Shown here in pieces: positions 35,515 to 45,307 of a stretch of DNA of 64,000 bases. The first letter of the stretch is position 1. Each line of letters begins with the position of its first letter. The notes under the pieces were generated by a model, which made no database searches, was not told the DNA's origin, and worked only from the letters and a program-made list of their open reading frames with translations. The stretch is taken from NCBI GenBank assembly GCA_964521425.1, contig CAZFRO010000006.1, positions 46,620 through 110,619 of the forward strand. The letters run 5' to 3'. The DNA comes from an uncultured bacterium. GTDB taxonomy: Bacteria; Joyebacterota; Joyebacteria; Joyebacterales; Joyebacteraceae. A program made the position numbers and the translations under genes.

Positions 35515-36750
35515 ATGAAGCGACAGGTCTACATAGCTCTCTTCATCGCAATCTTCGCTTCTACCATGGGGGTTGGGTTCATCGGCCCCCTCATGCCATT
35601 CTACGCCAGAAGCCTCGGGGCGGCAGGTCTCACCCTTGGTCTTATCTTCTCCGGGTTCTCGCTCGCCCGCTTCGTCTTCATGCCGTTCATCGGGCGACTG
35701 TCGGACCGGTTTGGACGGAAGTGGTTCATCACGGCAGGGCTCGCCATAGTCACTCTCTTCTCTCTTGCATACATCAAGGTAGACTCAATCGGCAGTCTTC
35801 TCATGGTCCGCTTTCTGCACGGCGCCGCCAGCGGAATGGTAGTTCCGGTGGCCCAGGCCTATATCGGCGACATCGCTCCCAAGGGCCGCGAGGGGAGTGT
35901 GATGGGGACCTTCATGGTCTTCCTCTTCACGGCTTTCGGGATCGGGCCGCTCTTGGCAGGACCTCTGGCTGATCGGTTCGGTCTGGGCGCACCGTTCTAC
36001 GCGATGGGCGCCCTGTCGGGTGTCGCTCTCATCTACGCCATCATCTTCCTTCCGGAACTCGGTCTCCACAAGGAACGCTGGAAAAGCCGCGCGCCAGTTA
36101 TGGTCGTCCTGAAGGACCCCGTCGTTCTGGCGGCCGTGCTCTTCAGAACCACGGTATCATTCGGTCGCGGGCTCGTGATTCCGTTCCTGCCGTTTGTTGC
36201 GGAGGAGCGCGGGGCGTCGCTTTCGGTTATCGGTGTGCTTCTCGCTACGAACATACTCCTCGCCGGGTTCATGCAGATACCGTTCGGCAAGCTCGCGGAT
36301 CGGGTCTCCAAGCCTCTTCTCATGGGATGGGGCATCATCGCGAGCGCCGCCGTCATCGCGGCGATTCCATTCTGCTCCAGTGTCGCATGGCTGTTCGGTC
36401 TGCAGATCGCTACCGGCATATCCCTGGCGCTCGGGCTCCCGGCAGCACTTGCTCTTGCGGCGAAGTGCGGAGACAGGTACAACGGTATGGGAACCGTGAT
36501 GGCCATCTTCAATACCGGGATGAGCGTAGGGCTGATTGTAGCCCCTGTCGCCGGCGGATTCGTTGCCCAACGGTTCGGACTCGACTCTCTGTTTCTCGGG
36601 GGTTCACTGGTCGTGGTCGTAGGCGGTTTTGGAGGATTCTTGTTGCTGATCAGACGCGCGCGGATGATCGGCGCGATGGGCTGTGTCGAGCCGGCGCTCG
36701 AGGCGATCCCCGTCGAGGGAAGGCCGGTTACAGGAAGGAGCACGTCATGA
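35515..36750 (+). CDS. MFS transporter
   Basis: Twelve predicted hydrophobic spans. MFS motif GRLSDRFGRK between TM2 and TM3. Confidence 0.8.
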   Translation: MKRQVYIALFIAIFASTMGVGFIGPLMPFYARSLGAAGLTLGLIFSGFSLARFVFMPFIGRLSDRFGRKWFITAGLAIVTLFSLAYIKVDSIGSLLMVRFLHGAASGMVVPVAQAYIGDIAPKGREGSVMGTFMVFLFTAFGIGPLLAGPLADRFGLGAPFYAMGALSGVALIYAIIFLPELGLHKERWKSRAPVMVVLKDPVVLAAVLFRTTVSFGRGLVIPFLPFVAEERGASLSVIGVLLATNILLAGFMQIPFGKLADRVSKPLLMGWGIIASAAVIAAIPFCSSVAWLFGLQIATGISLALGLPAALALAAKCGDRYNGMGTVMAIFNTGMSVGLIVAPVAGGFVAQRFGLDSLFLGGSLVVVVGGFGGFLLLIRRARMIGAMGCVEPALEAIPVEGRPVTGRSTS

Positions 36751-37760
36751 GGAAACTCACATTTCTTATTCTTCCGCTCGTACTTCTGTCCCTCGCCGGG
36801 ACGGGATGCAGGCAGAGCACTCCGGCACAGGGCACGGATGCCTTCAAGGTCGGAATGGTCTTTGATGTCGGCGGCAAGGGGGATAAGTCGTTCAACGATT
36901 CCGCCTACCGAGGTCTCCTGAGAATCGCCGATGATTTCGAGATCGAGCACACGGAGTTTGAGCCGGGGCAGGATGCGGACAGGGAGACCGGGCTCAGGAA
37001 GCTCGCTCAGGCCGGCTTCGATGTCATCGTCGGTGTCGGGTTCCTCTTCAGTGATTCAATGAGAAGCGTGGCGGCGGACTATCCCGATGTCAGGTTCGCA
37101 TGTGTCGACTTCGATGTGCGGCAGGACGAAGTGCTGCCCGACAATCTTGCGGGTCTCGTCTTCCGGGAGGAAGAGGGGTCGTTCCTTGTCGGAGTTGTCG
37201 CGGGTCTCAAGAGCGAGACGGGTCGACTCGGCTTCGTCGGCGGCATGGACGTTCCGCTCATCCACCGCTTCGAGGCCGGCTTTGTCGCTGGAGCCAAGTA
37301 TGCCAACCCGGCCGTGTCTGTCACCGTCGGGTACGCGGGGTCGACTCCGCAGGCGTTTGCCGACCCGGCGAAGGGCAAGGAGCTGGCGATGCTCCAGTAC
37401 GGCCGCGGCGTAGACATCATCTACCACGCCTCTGGAAACACCGGCATTGGAGTCATCGAAGCTGCGAGAGAGACCGGCAACTTCGCCATCGGTGTCGATT
37501 CGAATCAGAACTACATGGCGCCCGGTCACGTCCTGACCAGCATGGTCAAACGAGTCGATAACGCCGTCTACGCTGTGATTCTGGCAGCATATGAGAACAG
37601 GTTCGAGGGTGGCCTTCGGGAGTTCGGGCTCGCCGAGGATGGCGTCAGCTACGCCATGGACGATTACAATGCGGGGCTCATCTCCGAGTCCATGGTCGAG
37701 GCTGTCGAGGCCGCGAAGGCAGGGATCATTGCTCAGGAGATTGATGTGCCGAGGGAGTAG
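36747..37760 (+). CDS. Bmp/PnrA-family (nucleoside-binding) ABC transporter substrate-binding lipoprotein
   Basis: Lipobox LSLAGTGC. KVGMVFDVGGKGDKSFNDSAYRGL signature of basic-membrane-protein nucleoside SBPs. ATG overlaps the MFS stop (ATGA). Confidence 0.8.
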   Translation: MRKLTFLILPLVLLSLAGTGCRQSTPAQGTDAFKVGMVFDVGGKGDKSFNDSAYRGLLRIADDFEIEHTEFEPGQDADRETGLRKLAQAGFDVIVGVGFLFSDSMRSVAADYPDVRFACVDFDVRQDEVLPDNLAGLVFREEEGSFLVGVVAGLKSETGRLGFVGGMDVPLIHRFEAGFVAGAKYANPAVSVTVGYAGSTPQAFADPAKGKELAMLQYGRGVDIIYHASGNTGIGVIEAARETGNFAIGVDSNQNYMAPGHVLTSMVKRVDNAVYAVILAAYENRFEGGLREFGLAEDGVSYAMDDYNAGLISESMVEAVEAAKAGIIAQEIDVPRE

Positions 37761-37816
37761 CGGCGTCCACCTGATCCTTCGTCGAACGCGAGATCGTTCA
37801 AGGGAGTTGTCACTCG

Positions 37817-39409
37817 ATGTCCCAAAGAACCGCCGTCGAGATGCGAGGTGTAACGAAGCGCTACCCGCGCGTGCTCGCATGCGACGGTGTCGACCTCTCC
37901 GTTTGCCAGGGCGAGATCCACGCCATCATTGGCGAGAACGGGGCAGGCAAGTCGACGCTCATGAAGATCCTCTATGGAATGGTCCGGCCTGATGAGGGTT
38001 CGATCAAGCTCAACGGGAAGCCGCTCATCGGGCACAGCGCCAGCGATTCGATCAAGCTCGGACTCGGTATGGTCCATCAGCATTTCATGCTGATCGATCC
38101 ATTCACGGTCGCCGAGAATGTCGTTCTCGGAGTCGAACCGACCAGAGCGGGCCTCCTCATTGATGGTCGGGCGGCCAGGGAGAGAGTCGAGCGCCTGTCG
38201 ACGGAGTACGGTCTCGCGCTTGACCCGGACGAGCGAATCGAGAATCTGTCCGTGGGGCTCGAGCAGCGCGCCGAGATAGTGAAGGTGCTCTACCGGGGCG
38301 CTGATATCCTGATCCTCGACGAACCGACCGGCGTCCTCACGCCACACGAAGTCACCGAACTCTTCGTCGTCCTCCGGGCGCTTCGCGAGAGCGGCCGGAC
38401 GATCATCTTCATCACACACAAGCTGAACGAGGTCATAGAACTCGCGGACCGCGTCACCGTGATGCGTGACGGCCGCGTGACGGGCGTCGTATCGGCCGCC
38501 GAGACGACACCCGAGGAGCTGGCCAGGATGATGGTCGGGCGCGACGTGCTCCTGAGGGTTGAGCGACAGGAGGCGACGCTCGGCGAACCGATCCTGACGG
38601 TCAGCAAGTTGTCGGCGGTCGGCAGAAAGGGAACTCACGTCCTCGAGAACGTGGATCTTGAGATTCGCTCCGGCGAGATCCTGGGAATAGCCGGTGTTCA
38701 GGGGAACGGACAGACAGAACTCGTGGATGCCATCACGGGGCTTCATGCGACATCGTCGGGGAACGTGACGTTGAGCGGTACGGACATCACGAACCTGAAA
38801 CCGCGTGCAATCCGGGATCTGGGCGTGGCGCACGTTCCGGAGGACAGGTTGGAACGCGGGATCGTGCCGGAGTTCACGGTGGCGGAGAATCTCCTGCTCG
38901 GGCACCATCACCGTGCCGGCTATTCCAGACGAGGCCTTGTCGATGTCGCAAAGATGGAGGAGCATGCCGACACGCTCATAGCCGAACATGATATCAGACC
39001 CGCAGATCCGTCGATCAGCGCCGCCCATCTCTCTGGAGGCAACCAGCAGAAGCTGATAGTCGCCCGGGAGTTCGACGGCGCCCCGACACTCCTTATCGCG
39101 TCGCAGCCGACGCGCGGAGTCGACATAGGGGCTATCGAGTTCGTTCATACGAACATCCTCAAGAAGCGTGACGCCGGTGCGGCCGTGCTGCTCGTCTCGG
39201 CGGAGCTTTCGGAGATCATGACACTGTCGGATCGGATAGCCGTCATGTACGGGGGGCGCATCGTCGCGGAGTTCGAGGGTGGAACTGTGAGCGAGGAGGA
39301 TCTCGGTCGCTACATGACGGGGGCCGGTGATCGCGGAGACGATCGCGATAGCAGCCGCCCGCCAGGTGGCGACTTTCCCGAGCAGACTGCGGCAGGAGGG
39401 GAAGCATGA
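37817..39409 (+). CDS. ABC transporter ATP-binding protein (duplicated ATPase, nucleoside/sugar type)
   Basis: Walker [10 protein letters not shown]. Two signature motifs ([16 protein letters not shown]). 530 aa. Confidence 0.85.
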   Translation: MSQRTAVEMRGVTKRYPRVLACDGVDLSVCQGEIHAIIGENGAGKSTLMKILYGMVRPDEGSIKLNGKPLIGHSASDSIKLGLGMVHQHFMLIDPFTVAENVVLGVEPTRAGLLIDGRAARERVERLSTEYGLALDPDERIENLSVGLEQRAEIVKVLYRGADILILDEPTGVLTPHEVTELFVVLRALRESGRTIIFITHKLNEVIELADRVTVMRDGRVTGVVSAAETTPEELARMMVGRDVLLRVERQEATLGEPILTVSKLSAVGRKGTHVLENVDLEIRSGEILGIAGVQGNGQTELVDAITGLHATSSGNVTLSGTDITNLKPRAIRDLGVAHVPEDRLERGIVPEFTVAENLLLGHHHRAGYSRRGLVDVAKMEEHADTLIAEHDIRPADPSISAAHLSGGNQQKLIVAREFDGAPTLLIASQPTRGVDIGAIEFVHTNILKKRDAGAAVLLVSAELSEIMTLSDRIAVMYGGRIVAEFEGGTVSEEDLGRYMTGAGDRGDDRDSSRPPGGDFPEQTAAGGEA

Positions 39410-40557
39410 GCCTGCCGGCGGCACTAGGTACGATCACACGAGCCCGCAAGAGTGACGGGACCGGCAGACTTATGAATCTGCTGTCTCCGCTTGTCGCAGT
39501 GCTCGCAGCGTTCCTGGTGGGTGGACTCGTTGTCGCCGCTATCGGCGAAAGCCCTCTCAGGTTCTACTCAATCCTGTTCCGCGGGGCGTTCGGGAGTGTG
39601 GACGGCATCGGACTTGTGCTCTTCAACGCCACGCCCCTCATCTTCGCCGGTCTGGCTGTGGCCTTCGCGTTCCGTTCCGGGCTGTTCAACATCGGAGGCG
39701 AGGGACAGCTCTACATCGGTTCATTTGTCTGCGCGTGGGCGGCCCTCAAGATGCCGGGCGCACCGGCGGTGCTGTTGATTCCGCTCCTCATTCTCGCCTC
39801 CGCTGCAGGCGGAGCGTTTTGGGCGGCGATCCCCGGGTACCTGAAGGCGCGGTTCGGAGTCCACGAAGTCATCAACACGATCATGATGAACTTCATAGCG
39901 GTCGCGCTCACGGGCTATCTCGTTGTCGAGAGGTTCAAGGAGCCCGGACAGATGACGCCGCAGACGGCTGAGATCCCGATCGCGGGAGAGCTACCGCGGC
40001 TGGCGGGCTTCTTCCAGTCAATCGCTGTTCCGCTTCCGAATGCGAATCCGCTGAACGCGTCGTTTCTGATAGCTCTTGTTGCGGTTTGGCTCGCGTGGTT
40101 CATTCTTCACAGAACGACGCTCGGGTATGAAATACGGGCCGTGGGACACAACTCGTCGGCCGCCGAGTACGCCGGCATCAACGTGCGCCGCACGCTCGTG
40201 ATGGCGATGCTTCTGAGCGGGGCCTTCGCCGGTCTTGTGGCGACGAACGAAGTAATGGGGTTCAGGCACAGGTTTCTCGATAATTTCTCGAGCGGCATAG
40301 GCTTCATGGGAATCGCTGTGGCGCTTCTTGGCAGGAACTCCCCTCTGGGAGTTCTGTTTGCAGCGCTCCTGTTCGGTGTTCTGAATACCGGAGCGCTTGA
40401 AGTGGACATCTTCACCGACGTGCCGCGGGAGCTGATACTGGTCGTGCAGGCCGTGACCATCATCCTTGTCGTGGTCGGGAACGAAATAGTGCGGCGCAGA
40501 CTGGCGGGCGGTGCGCAAAAGAGACATCCTTCGAAGGAAGGCGCGGAGGCTTCATGA
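39406..40557 (+). CDS. ABC transporter permease (Bmp-system permease 1)
   Basis: Polytopic. Overlaps the ATPase stop (ATGA). AGGAGGGGA SD. ATG 39472 is an alternative start. Confidence 0.75.
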   Translation: MSLPAALGTITRARKSDGTGRLMNLLSPLVAVLAAFLVGGLVVAAIGESPLRFYSILFRGAFGSVDGIGLVLFNATPLIFAGLAVAFAFRSGLFNIGGEGQLYIGSFVCAWAALKMPGAPAVLLIPLLILASAAGGAFWAAIPGYLKARFGVHEVINTIMMNFIAVALTGYLVVERFKEPGQMTPQTAEIPIAGELPRLAGFFQSIAVPLPNANPLNASFLIALVAVWLAWFILHRTTLGYEIRAVGHNSSAAEYAGINVRRTLVMAMLLSGAFAGLVATNEVMGFRHRFLDNFSSGIGFMGIAVALLGRNSPLGVLFAALLFGVLNTGALEVDIFTDVPRELILVVQAVTIILVVVGNEIVRRRLAGGAQKRHPSKEGAEAS

Positions 40558-42191
40558 GCGACGGTGGGGGACAGGAAGAAAAGCGCGCCAAGGTGAATCA
40601 CTATGAGGCATCTCGGGCGACCGGGATAGTGATCTCGACCGTGTGGGTGATCGGCCTCGCCGTTGCGGCCAAGGCCCTGGCACTCGTCAAGGACATCATC
40701 GTCGCGGCGCGCTTCGGGACGGGTTTCGAGATGGACAGTTATCTCGTGGCTCTCACGATTCCGGGGCTCGTGATAGCGTGGCTTCGTTCACCGATTCGCT
40801 CGGGTTTCGTCCCGCTGTTCACGGAGCGACTGGAGCACGACGGGGAAGAGAGGGCGTGGAATGACGCCGGTATCTTCACAGCCAACCTCCTGCTCATCCT
40901 CTCTCTCATTACCGCGGCTGCTCTGATTCTGGCGCCTGGGCTGGTGTCGCTCGTGGCGCCCGGCTTTGGTGCGTCGAGCCGCGCGCTCGCGACTTCGCTG
41001 ACGCGTGTGATGATCCTCTCCGTACTCTTCTCGGCGATTGCGGGCATGTTTGCGAACATCCTCCACTGCTATCGGAACTTCGCCACCCCCGGACTCGGGC
41101 GCCCCATCAACAACGTCATCATGATTCTGGCAGCTATCTTCCTTACGACGTCACACGGGATCCACGGGTTGGCCTACGGCATCCTCCTGGGCAGTATCGC
41201 GCACGCTGCCGCACTCCTGCCCTCCATCATGCGCCGATCCAAAGGTTTCACGCTCCGCGTCGACTTCAGGCATCCGATGTTCCTCGGTGTCATGCGGCTG
41301 GCGCTTCCTCTCTTCATAGGGATGGCCGGTGCGAAGCTGGACGATGTCGTCGATCGCATCTTCGCCTCGATGCTGGCGGAAGGGAGCATCTCCGGGCTGT
41401 CGTACGCGCTCCGCCTGATAGAGCTGCCGAAGGAGATCCTCATCGTCGGGTTCTCGACGGTGCTCTTCCCGTTCTTCGCCACCATGGCCGCACGCGGCAA
41501 TATCGACGAGCTTGCGGACAAGCTGATGGCCGCAATAAGGATTGCGTTCTTCATCCTCCTCCCTGTCTCCATCGGAATGGCGATGCTGGGCGAGCCCTTC
41601 GTGCGACTCATCTTCCAGCGAGGAGCCTTCGATGATGAGTCGATGAAATTCACAGTGTCCGCGCTTCTACTCTACACGCCCACGATCTGGGCGCTCGGCA
41701 TCTCGAGCATCATGACCTCCGCCTTCGTTGCCATGAAGGACACGAAGCGGCCCGTGGTTGCCGGATTCCTGCGGCTCGGGGTGAAGGTGGGACTTGTCTT
41801 CATCTTCCTACGCATGTTCGAGAGCGCAGGCGTGGCGCTTTCTACTTCCGTCTCGCATGTCTTCAAGCTCGCACTGTTCTTCTTTCTCCTGCCTCGGCAG
41901 CTGAGAGCCGGGCGCTATCCGGCGCTCTTCCGGTCGTTCCTTGCGACCATTCTCACGACTGCAGTGATGGCTGTGGCTCTTCATTTCCTGTCTCCCGTTG
42001 CGATTCGCATAGGACTCAGCGGCGGGTCAATCGGACGGCAGATAGTGGCTCTGGGTGGGATGGGGGCCGTGGGTGTGGGCGTCTACCTTGCCACGGCGCG
42101 GGTCTTCGCGAGAGGTGAACTCGCGGAAACGCTGGAGGCGACCTCGAGCGGTATCGGTGGCATCATCAGACGTGTACGAGGGAAGAAGTAG
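40554..42191 (+). CDS. murJ: lipid II flippase MurJ/MviN family
   Basis: Block-by-block similarity to E. coli MurJ: VKDIIVAARFGTGFEMDSYLVALTIPGLV, LFTERLEHDGEE. About 14 TM. Overlaps the permease stop (ATGA). Confidence 0.8.
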   Translation: MSDGGGQEEKRAKVNHYEASRATGIVISTVWVIGLAVAAKALALVKDIIVAARFGTGFEMDSYLVALTIPGLVIAWLRSPIRSGFVPLFTERLEHDGEERAWNDAGIFTANLLLILSLITAAALILAPGLVSLVAPGFGASSRALATSLTRVMILSVLFSAIAGMFANILHCYRNFATPGLGRPINNVIMILAAIFLTTSHGIHGLAYGILLGSIAHAAALLPSIMRRSKGFTLRVDFRHPMFLGVMRLALPLFIGMAGAKLDDVVDRIFASMLAEGSISGLSYALRLIELPKEILIVGFSTVLFPFFATMAARGNIDELADKLMAAIRIAFFILLPVSIGMAMLGEPFVRLIFQRGAFDDESMKFTVSALLLYTPTIWALGISSIMTSAFVAMKDTKRPVVAGFLRLGVKVGLVFIFLRMFESAGVALSTSVSHVFKLALFFFLLPRQLRAGRYPALFRSFLATILTTAVMAVALHFLSPVAIRIGLSGGSIGRQIVALGGMGAVGVGVYLATARVFARGELAETLEATSSGIGGIIRRVRGKK

Positions 42192-42204
42192 GAGGGCGTG
42201 GGCG

Positions 42205-43107
42205 TTGTTTGAGCTTGTCGTGCTGGACTCTGCTCTCAGGATGGCGACTCCACTCATACTGGCTTCGCTGGGTGGTCTTTTCTCCGAACGCTCCGGCGTG
42301 GTGAACATCGCGCTCGAGGGCATTCTTCTCACCGGAGCCTTCGCGAGCATCCTGGCCACCCACTACACCGGCGACCCATGGATCGGCGTCGCGGCCGGGA
42401 TCTTCGCAGGCATTCTCGTCTCGCTCATACACGCCGCTGTGACGGTCATCTTCAAGGCCGACCAGATAGTGAGCGGTGTCGCCATAAATCTCCTCGCGGC
42501 CGGTGCGACCCAGTTCCTCACGTGGATCACCTGGGGAAGTTCCTCGAACTCACCGTCGGTCGGCGGGATGGCGCGCTGGTCGCTTCCGGAAACATGGGGC
42601 CCCGTCGCGCGCGGGATCAACGTGGTCATCGGGCACTACCCACCTCTCGTCTACGTCGCGCTGGCCGCCGTGGCCGCGGCTCACGTCGTGCTCTGGCACA
42701 CGCCGTTCGGCCTGAGGCTCCGGGCCACCGGCGAACACCCGGCCGCCGTCGACGCGCTGGGAGTTAGTGTAAAGAAGATGCGATTCGCCGGCATACTCCT
42801 GAGTGGAGCGCTCGCCGGATTGGGCGGGGCCTTTCTTGCGCTCAACACGCATCAGTTCGTGAAGAACATGTCGGCCGGACGCGGGTACATCGCTCTCGCA
42901 GCGATGATCTTCGGCAAGTGGAACCCGGTCCGCGCCGCTCTGGCATGTCTGCTCTTCGGGTATGCGGAGGCGGTCCAGATGGGTCTCCAGGGACAGCAGG
43001 TGCCGAGCCAGTTCGTGCAGATGATTCCCTACGTGCTGACGATGGTCGCACTCGTGGGAGTCATCGGAAGAGCCCGTCCGCCGGCAGCGATCGGGAAGCC
43101 ATACTAG
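42205..43107 (+). CDS. ABC transporter permease (Bmp-system permease 2)
   Basis: ATPLILASLGGLFSERSGVVNIALEG, the typical N-terminus of the second nucleoside ABC permease. AGGAGGG sits before TTG 42205. ATG 42241 is an alternative start. Confidence 0.7.
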   Translation: MFELVVLDSALRMATPLILASLGGLFSERSGVVNIALEGILLTGAFASILATHYTGDPWIGVAAGIFAGILVSLIHAAVTVIFKADQIVSGVAINLLAAGATQFLTWITWGSSSNSPSVGGMARWSLPETWGPVARGINVVIGHYPPLVYVALAAVAAAHVVLWHTPFGLRLRATGEHPAAVDALGVSVKKMRFAGILLSGALAGLGGAFLALNTHQFVKNMSAGRGYIALAAMIFGKWNPVRAALACLLFGYAEAVQMGLQGQQVPSQFVQMIPYVLTMVALVGVIGRARPPAAIGKPY

Positions 43108-43187
43108 AAGCGCACACGGTGACACTCGGAAGGCTATGCCTGATAGCGAACCCGGTGGCACTCGAAACGCCATTCCAGGAGTGGATC

Positions 43188-45227
43188 ATGAACAGACTCT
43201 CCAGAACAGCCCTGACGGTGCTTATCGCCACACTGTCCGTCATGGGAATCACGATGCTCGCAGCGACTGCACTTGCCACCGATCTGGCATCGCTGATCGC
43301 TGATGATCCGTATCCTGTTGAATTCGGTGCGGCGCCGCTGCTTGAGCGACCACCCACTGTCACGGGCTTCACAGGCTCGAGGGCGATCATCGAGTTCACG
43401 ACGATTGTGGAGACACCACCCGGTCTCATTCGATTCGGCCCGCTCCACGAGGCTGCTGGAATCGAGCGGCCGGCATACAGGAAGATCACATCAGAGGACA
43501 ACGAGGACTGGACGCGCGAGCACACGATTCTGGTGAACGTCTCGGCACTTGAATCGTCGGCGTACGACTCGAGCTACATGAAGAATGGTGGAGGCGTTGT
43601 CGCGTACCGGCTCGAGGTGTTCGATCCCACGTTCAATGTTGTAAGGACGTTCGACCGCCGCTTCCGCTACTCGCGGTCGGGCGCACGAAGGGACGGGGAG
43701 TACGCGCTGGCAGAGACCATTGTGCTCGGTCCGTGCGTGGACCGCGTCGGACCAGGGTACTTCATTGTGTCCTGGGAGACGGACACACCATCACCCGGAG
43801 GAATCGTCATCAGGGAGGGCGGCGTAGAGCAGGCGATAGCAGGGGGCTTGGAGAACGAGCGGGTCATCGCGGAGAGCGGCGCCTCTCGACGTCATGAGGT
43901 GCTTGTGGCAGGCCTCGCACCCGACACTCGCTACGCATACCGGGTTCAGCACGGCAATGCCAAGCCGCTCACGCGCTGGTACGACGTGCGGACCGCCCCG
44001 GACGCCGGCAGCAGGAAGCCCTTCACTTTTGCGTTTGCCTCAGACTCCCGATCCGGTGCGGGCGGGGGAGAGGAGAGCATCGAGGGCGTCAACTACGCCG
44101 GGCTGAAGGCCGTCCTCGCGGGGGCCAAGGCACACGGCGCGGATCTCTTTCTCTTCGGCGGCGATCTCGTCAACGGTTACACGAGTTCGGAGGAACGCTT
44201 CGTGACCCAGCTCGACTCCTGGCGAAGGGCGTGCGACCAGGTCGCGTTCTCGATGCCGATCTACGAAGGCATGGGCAATCACGAGCAGGTTGGAGACTAC
44301 CTCGAGGTGGCCGATCCTGAGCGCGACGGGAAGGTGATTCTCATGTACCGCGACCGGCCGGGCGAGGACAGCGTGGAGGCTCTCTTCTCGGGGCGGTTCG
44401 TGAATCCCCCGGGAAGCTGTTACGGCAATACCCAGCCCGATAGCGAGCATTCAGACTTCGGGGGCGTGGAGAGGAGCGGACCCGGCTACGGTGAGACCGT
44501 CTACTCCTTCAACTACGACAACTGCCACTTCGTATCGATCAACTCGAACTACTGGGTTACCGGGGTCCACCATTCACACAACACCGCACGTTGGCCCAGC
44601 GATCACGACGGTGTCGCCTACGCGCTCGGCCTCTTCGGGGGCAACAGGGAGGGCTACCTTCTTCCCGGACAGCTCGAGTGGCTTGAGACCGATCTCGACG
44701 TCGCTCAGTCCGATCCCGACATCGACTGGATCTTTGTCTTCACGCACGAGCCGGCCTTCCCGACCGGAGGGCACGCCTACGATGCGATGTTCTGGAGAGA
44801 CGAGGAGCTGACCGGCAACGACGGACTGAACGATTCAAGTGCTCCCAGAGGCGATGTGATCGACATGCGGAACAGGTTCTGGAACATCCTGTCGAGTCAC
44901 GACAAGGTCCTGGCCTTCATGTGTGGAGACGAGCACAACTACAGCCGCACACTCATAGACTCCGATATCCATCCGACCTACGAAACTCCGGTCTGGCACT
45001 TCGTAAGCGGGGGCGCCGGTGCGCCGTTCTACGCGCAGGACACAACGGTTCCGTGGACGGATCACGTGAAAGCCTTCTCTCCGGTCAATCACTACTGCAT
45101 TTTCCACATCGATGGAAAGCGAGTGGGGCTCAGCGTCTACGCGACGAGTGGTGCTCTTGTTGACGAGGTGAAGAACCTCGGTGCTATGGCAGGAAGGAGC
45201 ATTGACTCTACCCCGCAGACCCCCTAG
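43188..45227 (+). CDS. secreted calcineurin-like metallophosphoesterase (purple-acid-phosphatase-like) with N-terminal beta-sandwich domain
   Basis: Signal peptide MNRLSRTALTVLIATLSVMGITMLAATALA. Motifs GGDLVNGY, GMGNHE, FVFTHEPAF and MCGDEHNYSR. Confidence 0.7.
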   Translation: MNRLSRTALTVLIATLSVMGITMLAATALATDLASLIADDPYPVEFGAAPLLERPPTVTGFTGSRAIIEFTTIVETPPGLIRFGPLHEAAGIERPAYRKITSEDNEDWTREHTILVNVSALESSAYDSSYMKNGGGVVAYRLEVFDPTFNVVRTFDRRFRYSRSGARRDGEYALAETIVLGPCVDRVGPGYFIVSWETDTPSPGGIVIREGGVEQAIAGGLENERVIAESGASRRHEVLVAGLAPDTRYAYRVQHGNAKPLTRWYDVRTAPDAGSRKPFTFAFASDSRSGAGGGEESIEGVNYAGLKAVLAGAKAHGADLFLFGGDLVNGYTSSEERFVTQLDSWRRACDQVAFSMPIYEGMGNHEQVGDYLEVADPERDGKVILMYRDRPGEDSVEALFSGRFVNPPGSCYGNTQPDSEHSDFGGVERSGPGYGETVYSFNYDNCHFVSINSNYWVTGVHHSHNTARWPSDHDGVAYALGLFGGNREGYLLPGQLEWLETDLDVAQSDPDIDWIFVFTHEPAFPTGGHAYDAMFWRDEELTGNDGLNDSSAPRGDVIDMRNRFWNILSSHDKVLAFMCGDEHNYSRTLIDSDIHPTYETPVWHFVSGGAGAPFYAQDTTVPWTDHVKAFSPVNHYCIFHIDGKRVGLSVYATSGALVDEVKNLGAMAGRSIDSTPQTP

Positions 45228-45307
45228 AATCTTTGTACCACGTTAGCCATCTTACAGACAACACCACGCGCCGCCCCTTCGGGCGGCCAACGAGGGGGTA
45301 TGCTACG

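Noticed and set aside
37733-39424. 563-aa minus-strand ORF antisense to the ABC ATPase gene
   Set aside because: The sense strand carries Walker A and two ABC signature motifs. The antisense translation is featureless.
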